Positions 1 to 8,921 of a stretch of DNA of 32,000 nt are shown piece by piece. The notes beneath the pieces were generated by a model. That model had not been told where the DNA came from and did no database searches. It saw only the letters and a list, made by a program, of their open reading frames with translations. The position numbers were made by a program, and so were the translations under genes. Position 1 is the first letter of the stretch, and the number at the start of each line of letters is the position of its first letter. Source of the stretch: Pseudomonas aeruginosa (lineage in GTDB: Bacteria; Pseudomonadota; Gammaproteobacteria; Pseudomonadales; Pseudomonadaceae); contig NZ_LN831024.1 in assembly GCF_001457615.1 (NCBI RefSeq), positions 6,240,001 to 6,272,000 on the forward strand, written 5' to 3'.

Positions 1-1883
1 GGGTAGTCGGTGGGCACGTTGGCGGTCTTGGAGATCGACGAATCGACCCACTTCTGCGCCGCCGCCTGGATGTCCACGTGCTGCGCCGGGGTGACGCTGT
101 CGGCGGTGATGAAGTAGTCCGGCAGGCGTCGCGCCGGGTCGTCGCTGTCCGGCAGGGCCTGGGCGTTGACCAGGGTCCGGTAGGCCAGCAGCTCGTAGCT
201 GTAGACCTCGACCTTTTCCTTGGTCTTGCGGCCTTCGCGGATAAGGTTGCGCGAATAATGGTGGGCGAAGCTCGGCTCGATACCGTTGGAGGCATTGTTG
301 GCCAGGCTCAGGCTGATGGTCCCGGTCGGCGCGATGGAGCTGTGGTGGGTGAAGCGCGCGCCGGTTTCAGCCAACGCCTCGATCAGTTCCGGAGCATGTT
401 CGGCGACCCGCTGCATGTAGCGGGAATACTTGGCGTGAAGCACGCTGCCGCGGATGCGGTCGCCGGCCTTATAGCCATCGGCGGCCATTTCCGGACGCTT
501 GCGAAGCATTTCCGCGGTGACTTCGTAGTCCTGCGCCAGGATCGGCGCCGGGCCCTTCTCCCTGGCCAGCTCCAGGGCCACTTCCCAGCCCACCAAGGCC
601 ATTTCCCGCGCCACTTCCTCGGTGAATACGCAGGCCTCGGGACTGCCGTAGCGCAGCTTGAGCAGGGTCAGGGTCGAGCCCAGGCCGAGGAAGCCCATGC
701 CATGCCGGCGCTTGCCAAGGATTTCCTGGCGTTGCTGTTCCAGCGGCAGGCCGTTGATTTCCACCACGTTGTCGAGCATCCGGGTAAACACCCGCACCAC
801 TTCGCGGAAACGGTCCCAGTCGAAGCGCGCCTCGTCGCCAAATGGCTGCTCGACGAAGCAGGTGAGGTTGACCGAGCCGAGCAGACACGAGCCGTACGGC
901 GGCAGAGGCTGCTCGCCGCAGGGGTTGGTGGCGCGGATCGCCTCGCACCACCAGTTGTTGTTCAGTTCGTTGACCCGGTCGATGAGGATGAAGCCCGGCT
1001 CCGCATAGTCGTAGGTGGAGACCATGATCATGTCCCACAGGTGGCGGGCGCGGACCTGGCCGTAGACCTTGCAGGCGACCAGCCCGTCGGCGCGCTGGAC
1101 GTAGTCGTCCTGGATCGGCCATTCGCGCCAGACCACCGCGTTGGGGTCGTCGAGGTCGATCTCGTCGCGCTCCTTCACGTGCACCGGGAATACCAGCGGC
1201 CAGTCGGCGTCCTGTTCCACCGCCTGCATGAACTGGTCGGTGATCAGCAGGCTCAGGTTGAACTGGCGCAAGCGCCCGTCCTCGCGCTTGGCGCGGATGA
1301 ATTCGCGGACGTCCGGGTGGCTGACATCGAAGGTGCCCATCTGCGCGCCGCGGCGGCCGCCGGCGGAGCTGACGGTGAAGCACATCTTGTCGTAGATGTC
1401 CATGAACGACAGCGGCCCGCTGGTGTAGGCACCGGCACCGGAAACGTAGGCGCCGCGCGGGCGCAGGGTGCTGAACTCATAGCCGATGCCGCAGCCGGCC
1501 TTGAGCGTCAGGCCGGCCTCGTGGACTTTCTCGAGGATGTTGTCCATGGAGTCCTGGATGGTCCCGGACACCGTGCAGTTGATGGTCGAGGTGGCCGGCT
1601 TGTGCCCCAGGGCGCCGGCGTTGGAGATGATCCGGCCGGCCGGGATGGCACCGTTGCGCAGGGCCCAGAGGAAGCGCCCGTACCAGTGTTCGCGGGAGGC
1701 CTTTTCCTCGACATCGGCAAGGGCGCGGGCGACGCGTTGCCAGGTACCGTCGACGCTGGCATCCACCGGCGTACCGTCCTTGCTCTTGAGCCGGTACTTC
1801 TTGTCCCAGATATCCTGCGACGCGTCCTGCAGGGCGATGGTCCCGCGTTCGGTGCGGGGACTGCGTGCGTCTGTCTTGGCCAT
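1..1883 (-). CDS. nrdJa: Adenosylcobalamin-dependent (class II) ribonucleoside-diphosphate reductase, N-terminal part, runs off window start
   Basis: Reverse-strand translation from ATG at 1883: MAKTDARSPRTERGTIALQDASQDIWDKKYRLKSKDG...NAGALGHKPATSTINCTVSGTIQDSMDNILEKVHEAGLTLKAGCGIGYEFSTLRPRG; ribonucleotide reductase-type residues. Absent from the ORF track, probably because it is truncated by the window edge. Confidence 0.9.
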   Translation of the reverse strand, partial: MAKTDARSPRTERGTIALQDASQDIWDKKYRLKSKDGTPVDASVDGTWQRVARALADVEEKASREHWYGRFLWALRNGAIPAGRIISNAGALGHKPATSTINCTVSGTIQDSMDNILEKVHEAGLTLKAGCGIGYEFSTLRPRGAYVSGAGAYTSGPLSFMDIYDKMCFTVSSAGGRRGAQMGTFDVSHPDVREFIRAKREDGRLRQFNLSLLITDQFMQAVEQDADWPLVFPVHVKERDEIDLDDPNAVVWREWPIQDDYVQRADGLVACKVYGQVRARHLWDMIMVSTYDYAEPGFILIDRVNELNNNWWCEAIRATNPCGEQPLPPYGSCLLGSVNLTCFVEQPFGDEARFDWDRFREVVRVFTRMLDNVVEINGLPLEQQRQEILGKRRHGMGFLGLGSTLTLLKLRYGSPEACVFTEEVAREMALVGWEVALELAREKGPAPILAQDYEVTAEMLRKRPEMAADGYKAGDRIRGSVLHAKYSRYMQRVAEHAPELIEALAETGARFTHHSSIAPTGTISLSLANNASNGIEPSFAHHYSRNLIREGRKTKEKVEVYSYELLAYRTLVNAQALPDSDDPARRLPDYFITADSVTPAQHVDIQAAAQKWVDSSISKTANVPTDY

Positions 1884-1934
1884 CCGCTGATTAACCTCCC
1901 GATGGTTGTTGGGGCGTCCGAAGCCGGCCACCGT

Positions 1935-1981
1935 ACGCAACATCTAGTTATCCGTACCTGACGGGAATCAATATCTTGTGT
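1935..1981 (-). promoter_or_regulatory. Two NrdR-box-like 16-mers (1935-1950 and 1966-1981) upstream of nrdJa
   Basis: Minus strand ACACAAGATATTGATT and TAACTAGATGTTGCGT resemble the NrdR consensus acaCwAtATaTwGtgt; start-to-start spacing 31 bp. Confidence 0.75.
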
Positions 1982-2052
1982 CAGGCAGCAACAGACAACC
2001 TTAGTCATCGGGACGCCGCGCGCAAGAGGGCGCGGCCATCAGTCACGGGTTT

Positions 2053-2976
2053 TCAGAGCTTTTCCAGACAGCCGGCAAATTCGCCTGCCAGGTTGTTCAG
2101 AAGATTCTCATAGCCGTTGGCGTCCACGCTCACGTTCACGCCCAGGTCGTCCAGTTCGGCCAGGCGCACCGGCAGGCCTTCGCTGAGGGTGTCGGCCAGC
2201 CGCGGTCGAAGCGGCGGCTCGCTGAAGATGCAGGCCGGACCGGCGGCCTTCAGCTGGGCGCGCATGGCGGCGACATGGCGTGCTCCCGGCTGGACCTCCG
2301 CAGATACCGCGAACACGCCGGTATGGCGCAATCCGTAGGCTTCCTCGAAATAGTCGAAGGCTTCATGGAAGACGAAGAAAGGCTTGCCGGCAAGCTTGCC
2401 CAGGCGTTCGCGGAGTTTGCCGTCGAGCCCGCCGAGGCGCTCCTCGAAGGCCTTCAGGTTGGCCCGGTAGCGCCCGGCGTTGGCCGGGTCGACCTGGGCC
2501 AGGTCCTCGGCCATCCGCGCGGCGATGGTGCGGGCGTTGGCCGGCAACAGCCAGAGGTGGGCGTCGAGCATGCCGGGACGATGGTCATGGTCGTGCTCGT
2601 CGTGCCCGGCATGCTCCTCTTCCTCGAAATTGACGAACTTGCGCAGGTGCATGCCCGGCAGGTCCTGCACCGCGACGCTGGCGCCCTGGCGGCCGGCGAG
2701 CACCTTGGGCAGGAAGTTCTCCAGGTCCGGGCCGATCCAGTAGAACAATTGCACCTCGCGCAGCCGCCGTACGTCGGAAGGACGCAGGGCGTACTGGTGC
2801 GGCGAGGCGCCCGGCGGCAGCAGTACGTCCGGCTGGCCGACGCCGTCCTGGATGGCCGCGGCGACCAGTTGCAGCGGTTTGATGCTGGTCAGCACGCTGA
2901 CCTCGGCGCGCGCCGGCGAAGCCAGCAGGAACAGGGCGAAGCAGGCGGACAGCAGGGCAAAGGGACGCAGGGTCAC
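2053..2976 (-). CDS. znuA: Zinc ABC transporter substrate-binding protein ZnuA (start GTG 2976, alternative GTG 2988)
   Basis: VTLRPFALLSACFALFLLASPARAEVSVLTSIKPLQLVAAAI... signal peptide, His-rich loop EEEEHAGHDEHDHDHR, HEAFDYFEEAYG motif. Confidence 0.93.
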   Translation of the reverse strand: MTLRPFALLSACFALFLLASPARAEVSVLTSIKPLQLVAAAIQDGVGQPDVLLPPGASPHQYALRPSDVRRLREVQLFYWIGPDLENFLPKVLAGRQGASVAVQDLPGMHLRKFVNFEEEEHAGHDEHDHDHRPGMLDAHLWLLPANARTIAARMAEDLAQVDPANAGRYRANLKAFEERLGGLDGKLRERLGKLAGKPFFVFHEAFDYFEEAYGLRHTGVFAVSAEVQPGARHVAAMRAQLKAAGPACIFSEPPLRPRLADTLSEGLPVRLAELDDLGVNVSVDANGYENLLNNLAGEFAGCLEKL

Positions 2977-3006
2977 GGCGGCACTCACATGAAAGGTGGT
3001 TAGCGG

Positions 3007-3019
3007 GTAATATAATAAC
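3007..3019. promoter_or_regulatory. Zur-box-like operator in znuA/zur divergent region
   Basis: GTAATATAATAAC (reverse complement GTTATTATATTAC) matches 10 of 12 defined positions of GTTATA-N-TATAAC. Confidence 0.75.
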
Positions 3020-3045
3020 GTCTCTACCCTCGAGCGTCGCAGCCC

Positions 3046-3549
3046 ATGTACAAGATTGCGCCCAAGACCCCGCTGGCCTGCCAGCCCCATGACCACAGCC
3101 AGTGCGTCAGCACCGCGCTGGCCGAGGCCGATGCGCTGTGCGCGCGCCAGGGCGTACGCCTGACCGAATTGCGGCGGCGCGTGCTGGAGCTGGTCTGGCA
3201 GAGCCACAAGCCGCTGGGGGCCTACGATATCCTCGCGGTGCTCAGCGAAACCGACGGCCGCCGCGCCGCGCCGCCGACCGTCTACCGCGCGCTGGACTTC
3301 CTCCAGGAGAACGGCCTGGTGCACCGCATCGCCTCGCTCAACGCGTTCGTCGGCTGCAACAACCCGGAGCACAGCCACCAGGGCCAGTTCCTCATCTGCC
3401 GCACCTGCCACACCGCGATCGAGCTGGAACAGCCGGATATCAGCCGGGCCATCGTCGCCGGAGCGAACAGCGTCGGCTTCGCCGTTGAAAGCCAGACCGT
3501 CGAGGTGGTCGGCCTCTGCGGCACCTGCCGGGACCAGAAGGACGCCTGA
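3046..3549 (+). CDS. zur: Fur-family zinc uptake regulator Zur (Np20)
   Basis: 167 aa; [21 protein letters not shown]...[21 protein letters not shown]...[18 protein letters not shown]...CRTCH...CGTC. Confidence 0.93.
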   Translation: MYKIAPKTPLACQPHDHSQCVSTALAEADALCARQGVRLTELRRRVLELVWQSHKPLGAYDILAVLSETDGRRAAPPTVYRALDFLQENGLVHRIASLNAFVGCNNPEHSHQGQFLICRTCHTAIELEQPDISRAIVAGANSVGFAVESQTVEVVGLCGTCRDQKDA

Positions 3550-4358
3550 TGGACAACGCGCTGGTGCGGCTGACCCAGGTCGGCGTGTCCTTCAACGGCC
3601 AGGCGGTGCTGAGCGATGTCGACCTGGCCATCGAGCCCGGCCAGATCGTCACCCTGATCGGCCCCAACGGCGCCGGCAAGACCACCCTGGTACGCAGCGT
3701 GCTCGGCCTGCTCAAGCCGCACGTCGGCGAGGTCTGGCGACGGCCGCGGCTGACCATCGGCTACATGCCGCAGAAACTCCACGTCGACGCCACCCTGCCG
3801 CTCAGCGTACTGCGCTTCCTCCGCCTGGTACCCGGGGTCAGGCGCGAGCAGGCGCTGGCGGCGTTGCGCGAGGTCGGCGCGGCGCACGTGCTGGAGCGCC
3901 CGCTGCAAAGCATTTCCGGTGGCGAACTGCAACGCGTGCTGCTGGCCCGCGCTCTGCTGCGCAAGCCCGAGCTACTGGTGCTCGACGAGCCGGTGCAGGG
4001 CGTCGACGTCGCCGGCCAGGCCGAACTCTACCGCCTCATCGGCAAACTGCGCGACCGCTACGGCTGCGGTGTGCTGATGGTCTCCCACGACCTGCACCTG
4101 GTGATGAGCGCCACCGACCAGGTGGTCTGCCTGAACCGCCATGTCTGCTGCTCAGGGCACCCCGAGCAGGTCAGCGGCGACCCGGCCTTCGTCGAGCTGT
4201 TCGGCCAGGACGCTCGCAGCCTGGCGATCTACCACCACCATCACGACCACGCCCACGACCTCCACGGCGAGGTGGTCAAGGCCGGTCCCGGCGCCTTGCC
4301 TCCAGGCACCCGCTTCACTCCTGTCCACAAGCACGGCCCCGACTGCAACCATGGCTGA
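3549..4358 (+). CDS. znuC: Zinc ABC transporter ATP-binding protein ZnuC
   Basis: 269 aa; Walker [10 protein letters not shown], signature SGGELQR, Walker B LLVLDEP; His-rich C-terminal tail; TGATG overlap with zur. Confidence 0.94.
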   Translation: MDNALVRLTQVGVSFNGQAVLSDVDLAIEPGQIVTLIGPNGAGKTTLVRSVLGLLKPHVGEVWRRPRLTIGYMPQKLHVDATLPLSVLRFLRLVPGVRREQALAALREVGAAHVLERPLQSISGGELQRVLLARALLRKPELLVLDEPVQGVDVAGQAELYRLIGKLRDRYGCGVLMVSHDLHLVMSATDQVVCLNRHVCCSGHPEQVSGDPAFVELFGQDARSLAIYHHHHDHAHDLHGEVVKAGPGALPPGTRFTPVHKHGPDCNHG

Positions 4359-5139
4359 CTTCCTGCTCAACGCCCTCCTCGCCGGCCTCGCCCTGGCCCT
4401 GGTGGCTGGCCCCCTGGGCTCCTTCGTGGTCTGGCGGCGGATGGCCTATTTCGGCGATACCCTGTCCCACGCCGCACTGCTCGGGGTAGCCCTGGGTTTC
4501 CTCCTCGATGTCAGCCCGACCCTGGCTGTGACCGTCGGCTGCGTGCTGCTCGCAGTGCTGCTGGTGACCCTGCAGCAGCGCCAGCCGCTGGCCGCCGACA
4601 CCCTGCTGGGCATCCTCGCCCACAGCACCCTGTCGCTGGGCCTGGTCACCCTGAGCTTCATGAGGGAAGTGCGGGTCGACCTGATGGCTTACCTGTTCGG
4701 CGATCTGCTGGCGGTAAGCGCCAGCGACCTGCTGTGGATAATCGCCGGCAGCGCGCTGGTCCTGGCACTGATCTGCTTCCTCTGGCGGCCGCTGCTGGCG
4801 ATCACCGTGCACGAGGAACTGGCGAAGGTGGAAGGCCTGCCGGTCGGAGCGATCCGCCTGGCGCTGATGTTGCTGATCGCCATCGTCATCGCCGTGGCGA
4901 TGAAGATCGTCGGCGTACTGCTGATCACCTCGCTGCTGATCATTCCCGCCGCCGCCGCCCAGCGCCATGCCCGCAGTCCCGAGCAGATGGCGGTCGGCGC
5001 CAGCCTGCTGGGACTGGTCGCGGTGTGCGCCGGCCTGGCCCTGTCCTGGTTCAAGGATACCCCCGCCGGCCCCTCGATCGTGGTCAGCGCCGCCGGCCTG
5101 TTCCTGCTGAGTTTTGTCCTGCCCCGCCGCACGGTGTAG
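4351..5139 (+). CDS. znuB: Zinc ABC transporter permease ZnuB
   Basis: [50 protein letters not shown]...; ATG at 4351 overlaps znuC 3' end; ABC-3 permease features. Confidence 0.93.
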   Translation: MADFLLNALLAGLALALVAGPLGSFVVWRRMAYFGDTLSHAALLGVALGFLLDVSPTLAVTVGCVLLAVLLVTLQQRQPLAADTLLGILAHSTLSLGLVTLSFMREVRVDLMAYLFGDLLAVSASDLLWIIAGSALVLALICFLWRPLLAITVHEELAKVEGLPVGAIRLALMLLIAIVIAVAMKIVGVLLITSLLIIPAAAAQRHARSPEQMAVGASLLGLVAVCAGLALSWFKDTPAGPSIVVSAAGLFLLSFVLPRRTV

Positions 5140-5177
5140 AATCTGGCGATTTTTTGACCAAACGAGAACCCGCAGGA

Positions 5178-5969
5178 ATGATGTCGTCCTTCTTTCGCCT
5201 GCTGTCCGTCCTGGCGGCGGCGCTGCTGGTCAGCGCCTGCCAGGGCAATGCGTCGTCGCAACCGACGCCGGTGGTCGCGCCCCAGGCGCAGCCCGCCGAT
5301 CCCTACGCCGAACTGCAGCAGACCCTGGCCGCCGGCAAGCTCGAACAGGCCGAGCAACAATGGCTGGCCCTGCGCAGCGCAGCCGCCGGCGACGAGCGCG
5401 TCGAAGCGTTCCGCCGCCAGTTGGCCGAGGCCTACATGCAGCGCGGGGAAACCGCGCTGCGTCAAGGAGACCTCAACACCGCCACCAGCGCCCTCGGCCA
5501 TGCCCGCGGACTGATGCCCAAAGCGCCGGCGCTGACCGCCGGGCTGGACGGTGCGATCAACCGCGCCAAGGTCGATCCCGCCCGCGCCGAGCAGGCCCGA
5601 CGCATGCAGCAGGCGGCCCAGCAGCAGATGCAGCAGATCATCCAGACGCCGCCCGGCGGCGAGCTGAAGCCGCTACCCGGCGCTCCCCACCTGATCGATC
5701 CGCAAGCGGCCAGCAGCGCCGTGCCCCTGCCGATGCTCGACGGCACCGGCCAGGGCGGCCTCGGTGCGGTGCTCGACGCGGTGGCCGCGGATGTCGTCGC
5801 CTACCGTTGCAGGGTGCATATCGAAGTGCGCCGGGACAGCGACTATCCGCTGGTTTCCGACCAGCTCCTGGCGCGGGTGAAGAAGCTCTCACCCGATTTC
5901 GACCTGCATCTCAGCCATGTCGTACAGGCCGACAAGCCAACCCGATTGATACTTACCCCCCGGAATTGA
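5178..5969 (+). CDS. Putative lipoprotein, hypothetical
   Basis: MMSSFFRLLSVLAAALLVSACQGNASS; lipobox LVSAC, TPR-like helical region, 263 aa. Confidence 0.8.
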   Translation: MMSSFFRLLSVLAAALLVSACQGNASSQPTPVVAPQAQPADPYAELQQTLAAGKLEQAEQQWLALRSAAAGDERVEAFRRQLAEAYMQRGETALRQGDLNTATSALGHARGLMPKAPALTAGLDGAINRAKVDPARAEQARRMQQAAQQQMQQIIQTPPGGELKPLPGAPHLIDPQAASSAVPLPMLDGTGQGGLGAVLDAVAADVVAYRCRVHIEVRRDSDYPLVSDQLLARVKKLSPDFDLHLSHVVQADKPTRLILTPRN

Positions 5970-6089
5970 GACCGGTCCTGCCCCGGCCGCAGCAGAAAGC
6001 GCTTGTCGGGAGCGCACCAGACGCTTATTCCATTTCAATGATTTTTCATCACCAATAAATATTAATAATGCATAAGAAAGCAAGGTAAA

Positions 6090-6179
6090 ATGCTCGGTTT
6101 AGCTGACCGCCCATGCTTCCCGCCAAGCCCGTGCTCCAGCCGTAACAGCATCGCCGCACCCACAAGGTTCGCCCAGTGA
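6090..6179 (+). CDS. Candidate 29-aa leader/upstream ORF for metNIQ
   Basis: AAGG-TAAA-ATG then [29 protein letters not shown]; TGA at 6177-6179 overlaps metN GTG at 6176-6178. Confidence 0.4.
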   Translation: MLGLADRPCFPPSPCSSRNSIAAPTRFAQ

Positions 6180-7183
6180 TCGAATTCCACGACGTCCACA
6201 AGACCTATCGAGTTGCCGGTCGGGAAATCCCCGCCTTGCAACCGACCCGCCTGAACATCCAGGCCGGGCAGATTTTCGGCCTGATCGGCCATTCCGGTGC
6301 CGGCAAGAGCACCCTGCTGCGCCTGATCAACCGCCTCGAGGAGCCCAGCGGCGGCCGCATCCTGGTCGAGGGCGAAGACGTCACCGCCCTCGACGCCGAA
6401 GGCCTGCGCCGTTTCCGCCAGCGCGTCGGGATGATCTTCCAGCACTTCAACCTGCTGTCCTCGAAGACCGTCGCCGACAACATCGCCATGCCCCTGCGCC
6501 TGGCCGGCGGCTTCAGCCGTGCCGAAGTCGATGCGCGGGTCTCCGAGCTGCTCGCGCGGGTCGGCCTGTCCGACCACGCGCGCAAGTATCCGGCCCAGCT
6601 CTCCGGCGGACAGAAACAGCGCGTCGGCATCGCTCGCGCCCTGGCCTGCCGGCCGAGCATCCTGCTCTGCGACGAGGCCACCAGCGCCCTCGATCCGCAG
6701 ACCACCGCCTCGGTCCTGCAACTGCTGGCGGAAATCAATCGCGAGCTGAAGCTGACCATCGTCCTCATCACCCACGAGATGGACGTGATCCGCCGTGTCT
6801 GCGACCAGGTCGCGGTCATGGACGGCGGCGCCATCGTCGAGCAGGGCGATGTCGCCGATGTCTTCCTCCATCCGCAGCACCCGACCACCCGCCGCTTCGT
6901 GTTCGAGGCCGAACGAGTCGACGAGGACGAGCGCCACGACGATTTCGCCCACGTGCCGGGTCTCATCCTGCGCCTGACCTTCCGCGGCGAAGCCACCTAT
7001 GCGCCGCTGCTGGGCACCGTGGCGCGGCAGACCGGGGTCGACTACAGCATCCTTTCCGGACGCATCGACCGCATCAAGGACACGCCCTACGGCCAGTTGA
7101 CCCTGGCCCTGGTCGGCGGTGACCTGGAAGCCGCCATGAGCCAGTTGAACGCCGCTGACGTACATGTGGAGGTACTGCGCTGA
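6176..7183 (+). CDS. metN: Methionine ABC transporter ATP-binding protein
   Basis: 335 aa; [58 protein letters not shown]-terminal ACT-like NIL domain. Confidence 0.92.
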   Translation: MIEFHDVHKTYRVAGREIPALQPTRLNIQAGQIFGLIGHSGAGKSTLLRLINRLEEPSGGRILVEGEDVTALDAEGLRRFRQRVGMIFQHFNLLSSKTVADNIAMPLRLAGGFSRAEVDARVSELLARVGLSDHARKYPAQLSGGQKQRVGIARALACRPSILLCDEATSALDPQTTASVLQLLAEINRELKLTIVLITHEMDVIRRVCDQVAVMDGGAIVEQGDVADVFLHPQHPTTRRFVFEAERVDEDERHDDFAHVPGLILRLTFRGEATYAPLLGTVARQTGVDYSILSGRIDRIKDTPYGQLTLALVGGDLEAAMSQLNAADVHVEVLR

Positions 7184-7860
7184 TGGACTTCTTCGAAACC
7201 ATGAGCTTCGCCAACATCGACTGGTACGAAATCTGGCTGGCCAGCGTCGACACCTTCTGGATGCTCGGCGGTTCGCTGCTGTTCACAGTGGTCCTCGGCC
7301 TGCCCCTCGGCGTCCTGCTGTTCCTTACCGGGCCACGGCAGATGTTCGAGCAGAAGGCGGTCTACACCCTGCTCTCGCTAGTGGTGAACATCCTCCGTTC
7401 GTTGCCGTTCATCATCCTGCTGATCGTGATGATCCCGCTGACCGTACTGATCACCGGTACCTCGCTGGGCGTCGCCGGGGCCATCCCGCCGCTGGTGGTG
7501 GGCGCCACGCCGTTCTTCGCGCGCCTGGTGGAAACCGCGCTGCGCGAGGTCGACAAGGGCATCATCGAGGCAACCCAGGCGATGGGCGCCAGCACCCGGC
7601 AGATCATCTGGAACGCCCTGCTGCCGGAAGCCCGGCCGGGCATCATCGCCGCCATCACCGTCACCGCCATCACCCTGGTCTCGTACACCGCGATGGCCGG
7701 AGTGGTCGGCGCCGGCGGGCTGGGCGACCTGGCGATCCGCTTCGGCTATCAGCGCTTCCAGACCGACGTGATGGTGGTCACGGTGGTGATGCTGCTGATC
7801 CTCGTCCAGATTCTGCAAACCGTGGGCGACAAGCTGGTGGTGCACTTCTCGCGCAAGTAA
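7183..7860 (+). CDS. metI: Methionine ABC transporter permease
   Basis: 225 aa; MetI-type permease with NILRSLPFIILLI and EAxxx-like loop EARPGIIAAITVTAITLVSYTAMAGVVGAGGLGDLAIRFGYQRF. Confidence 0.92.
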   Translation: MDFFETMSFANIDWYEIWLASVDTFWMLGGSLLFTVVLGLPLGVLLFLTGPRQMFEQKAVYTLLSLVVNILRSLPFIILLIVMIPLTVLITGTSLGVAGAIPPLVVGATPFFARLVETALREVDKGIIEATQAMGASTRQIIWNALLPEARPGIIAAITVTAITLVSYTAMAGVVGAGGLGDLAIRFGYQRFQTDVMVVTVVMLLILVQILQTVGDKLVVHFSRK

Positions 7861-7936
7861 GCTTGCCGGCCAAGCCCAAAACCCTGAGCGCCGCGGTTAT
7901 CCACAGCCGCCAGGAACACCTCGAAAGGAGTTGAAG

Positions 7937-8719
7937 ATGAAAAAACTGCTTGCTGCTTTCTCCGCTGTCGCGGCGCTCGGCCTCACCGCCGCCCAGGCCG
8001 CCGAGTCCCTCACCGTCGCGGCCACCCCGGTGCCGCACGCGGAGATCCTCAACGTGGTCAAGCCGCTGCTGGCCAAGGAAGGCGTGGACCTGAAGATCAA
8101 GGAGTTCACCGACTACGTGCAGCCGAACGTGCAGGTCTCGGAAAAGCGCCTGGACGCCAACTTCTTCCAGCACCAGCCGTACCTCGATGAGTTCAACAAG
8201 GCCAAGGGCACCGACCTGGTCGCCGTGACCGGCGTACACATCGAGCCGCTGGGCGCCTACTCGAGCAAGTACAAGAAGCTCGACGAACTGCCTTCCGGCG
8301 CTACCGTGGTGATCCCCAACGACGCCACCAACGGCGGCCGCGCCCTGCTCCTGCTGGACAAGGCCGGGGTGATCAAGCTCAAGGACAACAAGAGCATCAC
8401 CGCCACGCCGAAGGACATCGTCGACAATCCGAAGAACATCAAGATCCGCGAACTGGAAGCCGCGACCCTGCCGCGCGTGCTGACCCAGGTCGACATGGCG
8501 CTGATCAATACCAACTACGCCCTGGAAGCCAAGCTGAACCCGACCAAGGATGCGCTGGCCATCGAAGGCAGCGACTCGCCCTACGTGAACATCCTCGTCG
8601 CGCGGCCGGACAACAAGGACAGCGACGCCATGCAGAAGCTGGCCAAGGCCCTGCACAGCGCCGAGGTCAAGCAGTTCATCCAGGAGAAATACAAAGGCGC
8701 GGTGGTACCGGCGTTCTGA
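7937..8719 (+). CDS. metQ: MetQ/NlpA-family substrate-binding protein
   Basis: MKKLLAAFSAVAALGLTAAQAAESLTVAATPVPHAEILNVVKPLLAKEGVDLKIKEFTDYVQPN; RBS AAGGAG; ATG at 7937. Confidence 0.92.
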   Translation: MKKLLAAFSAVAALGLTAAQAAESLTVAATPVPHAEILNVVKPLLAKEGVDLKIKEFTDYVQPNVQVSEKRLDANFFQHQPYLDEFNKAKGTDLVAVTGVHIEPLGAYSSKYKKLDELPSGATVVIPNDATNGGRALLLLDKAGVIKLKDNKSITATPKDIVDNPKNIKIRELEAATLPRVLTQVDMALINTNYALEAKLNPTKDALAIEGSDSPYVNILVARPDNKDSDAMQKLAKALHSAEVKQFIQEKYKGAVVPAF

Positions 8720-8743
8720 GCCAAGCCGCGTAACCGCCCCTGG

Positions 8744-8772
8744 AAAAAGCCCGGTCTTCGACCGGGCTTTTT
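8744..8772 (+). terminator. Rho-independent terminator after metQ
   Basis: AAAAAGCCCGGTC-TTC-GACCGGGCTTTTT perfect stem with T tract. Confidence 0.95.
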
Positions 8773-8840
8773 CGTTTCCGTCCCGGCCGTACGTCTGCCT
8801 GCCGTGCCACGACAGAGGTCATTCGGCCGTTTGCGGGAAA

Positions 8841-8894
8841 TGTAGTGAAAAAAACATTCCGTCACATATTGAACAATCTGAAAAATTCACTACA
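8841..8894. promoter_or_regulatory. Inverted repeat TGTAGTGAA (8841-8849) / TTCACTACA (8886-8894), candidate operator of the RpiR regulator
   Basis: Perfect 9-bp arms in an AT-rich tract directly upstream of the regulator start. Confidence 0.5.
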
Positions 8895-8921
8895 CAATCG
8901 ACCCACCTTCGAGGATGCCCC

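Noticed and set aside
78-1961. 627-aa plus-strand ORF in the track
   Set aside because: It is the antisense shadow of nrdJa; the minus-strand reading is a clear class II ribonucleotide reductase, while the plus translation is low-complexity Arg/Gly/Val/Asp/His-rich and has no recognisable domain.
7362-8656. Minus-strand ORFs antisense to metI and metQ (155 aa, 292 aa)
   Set aside because: Overlap strongly supported met genes; no family resemblance.
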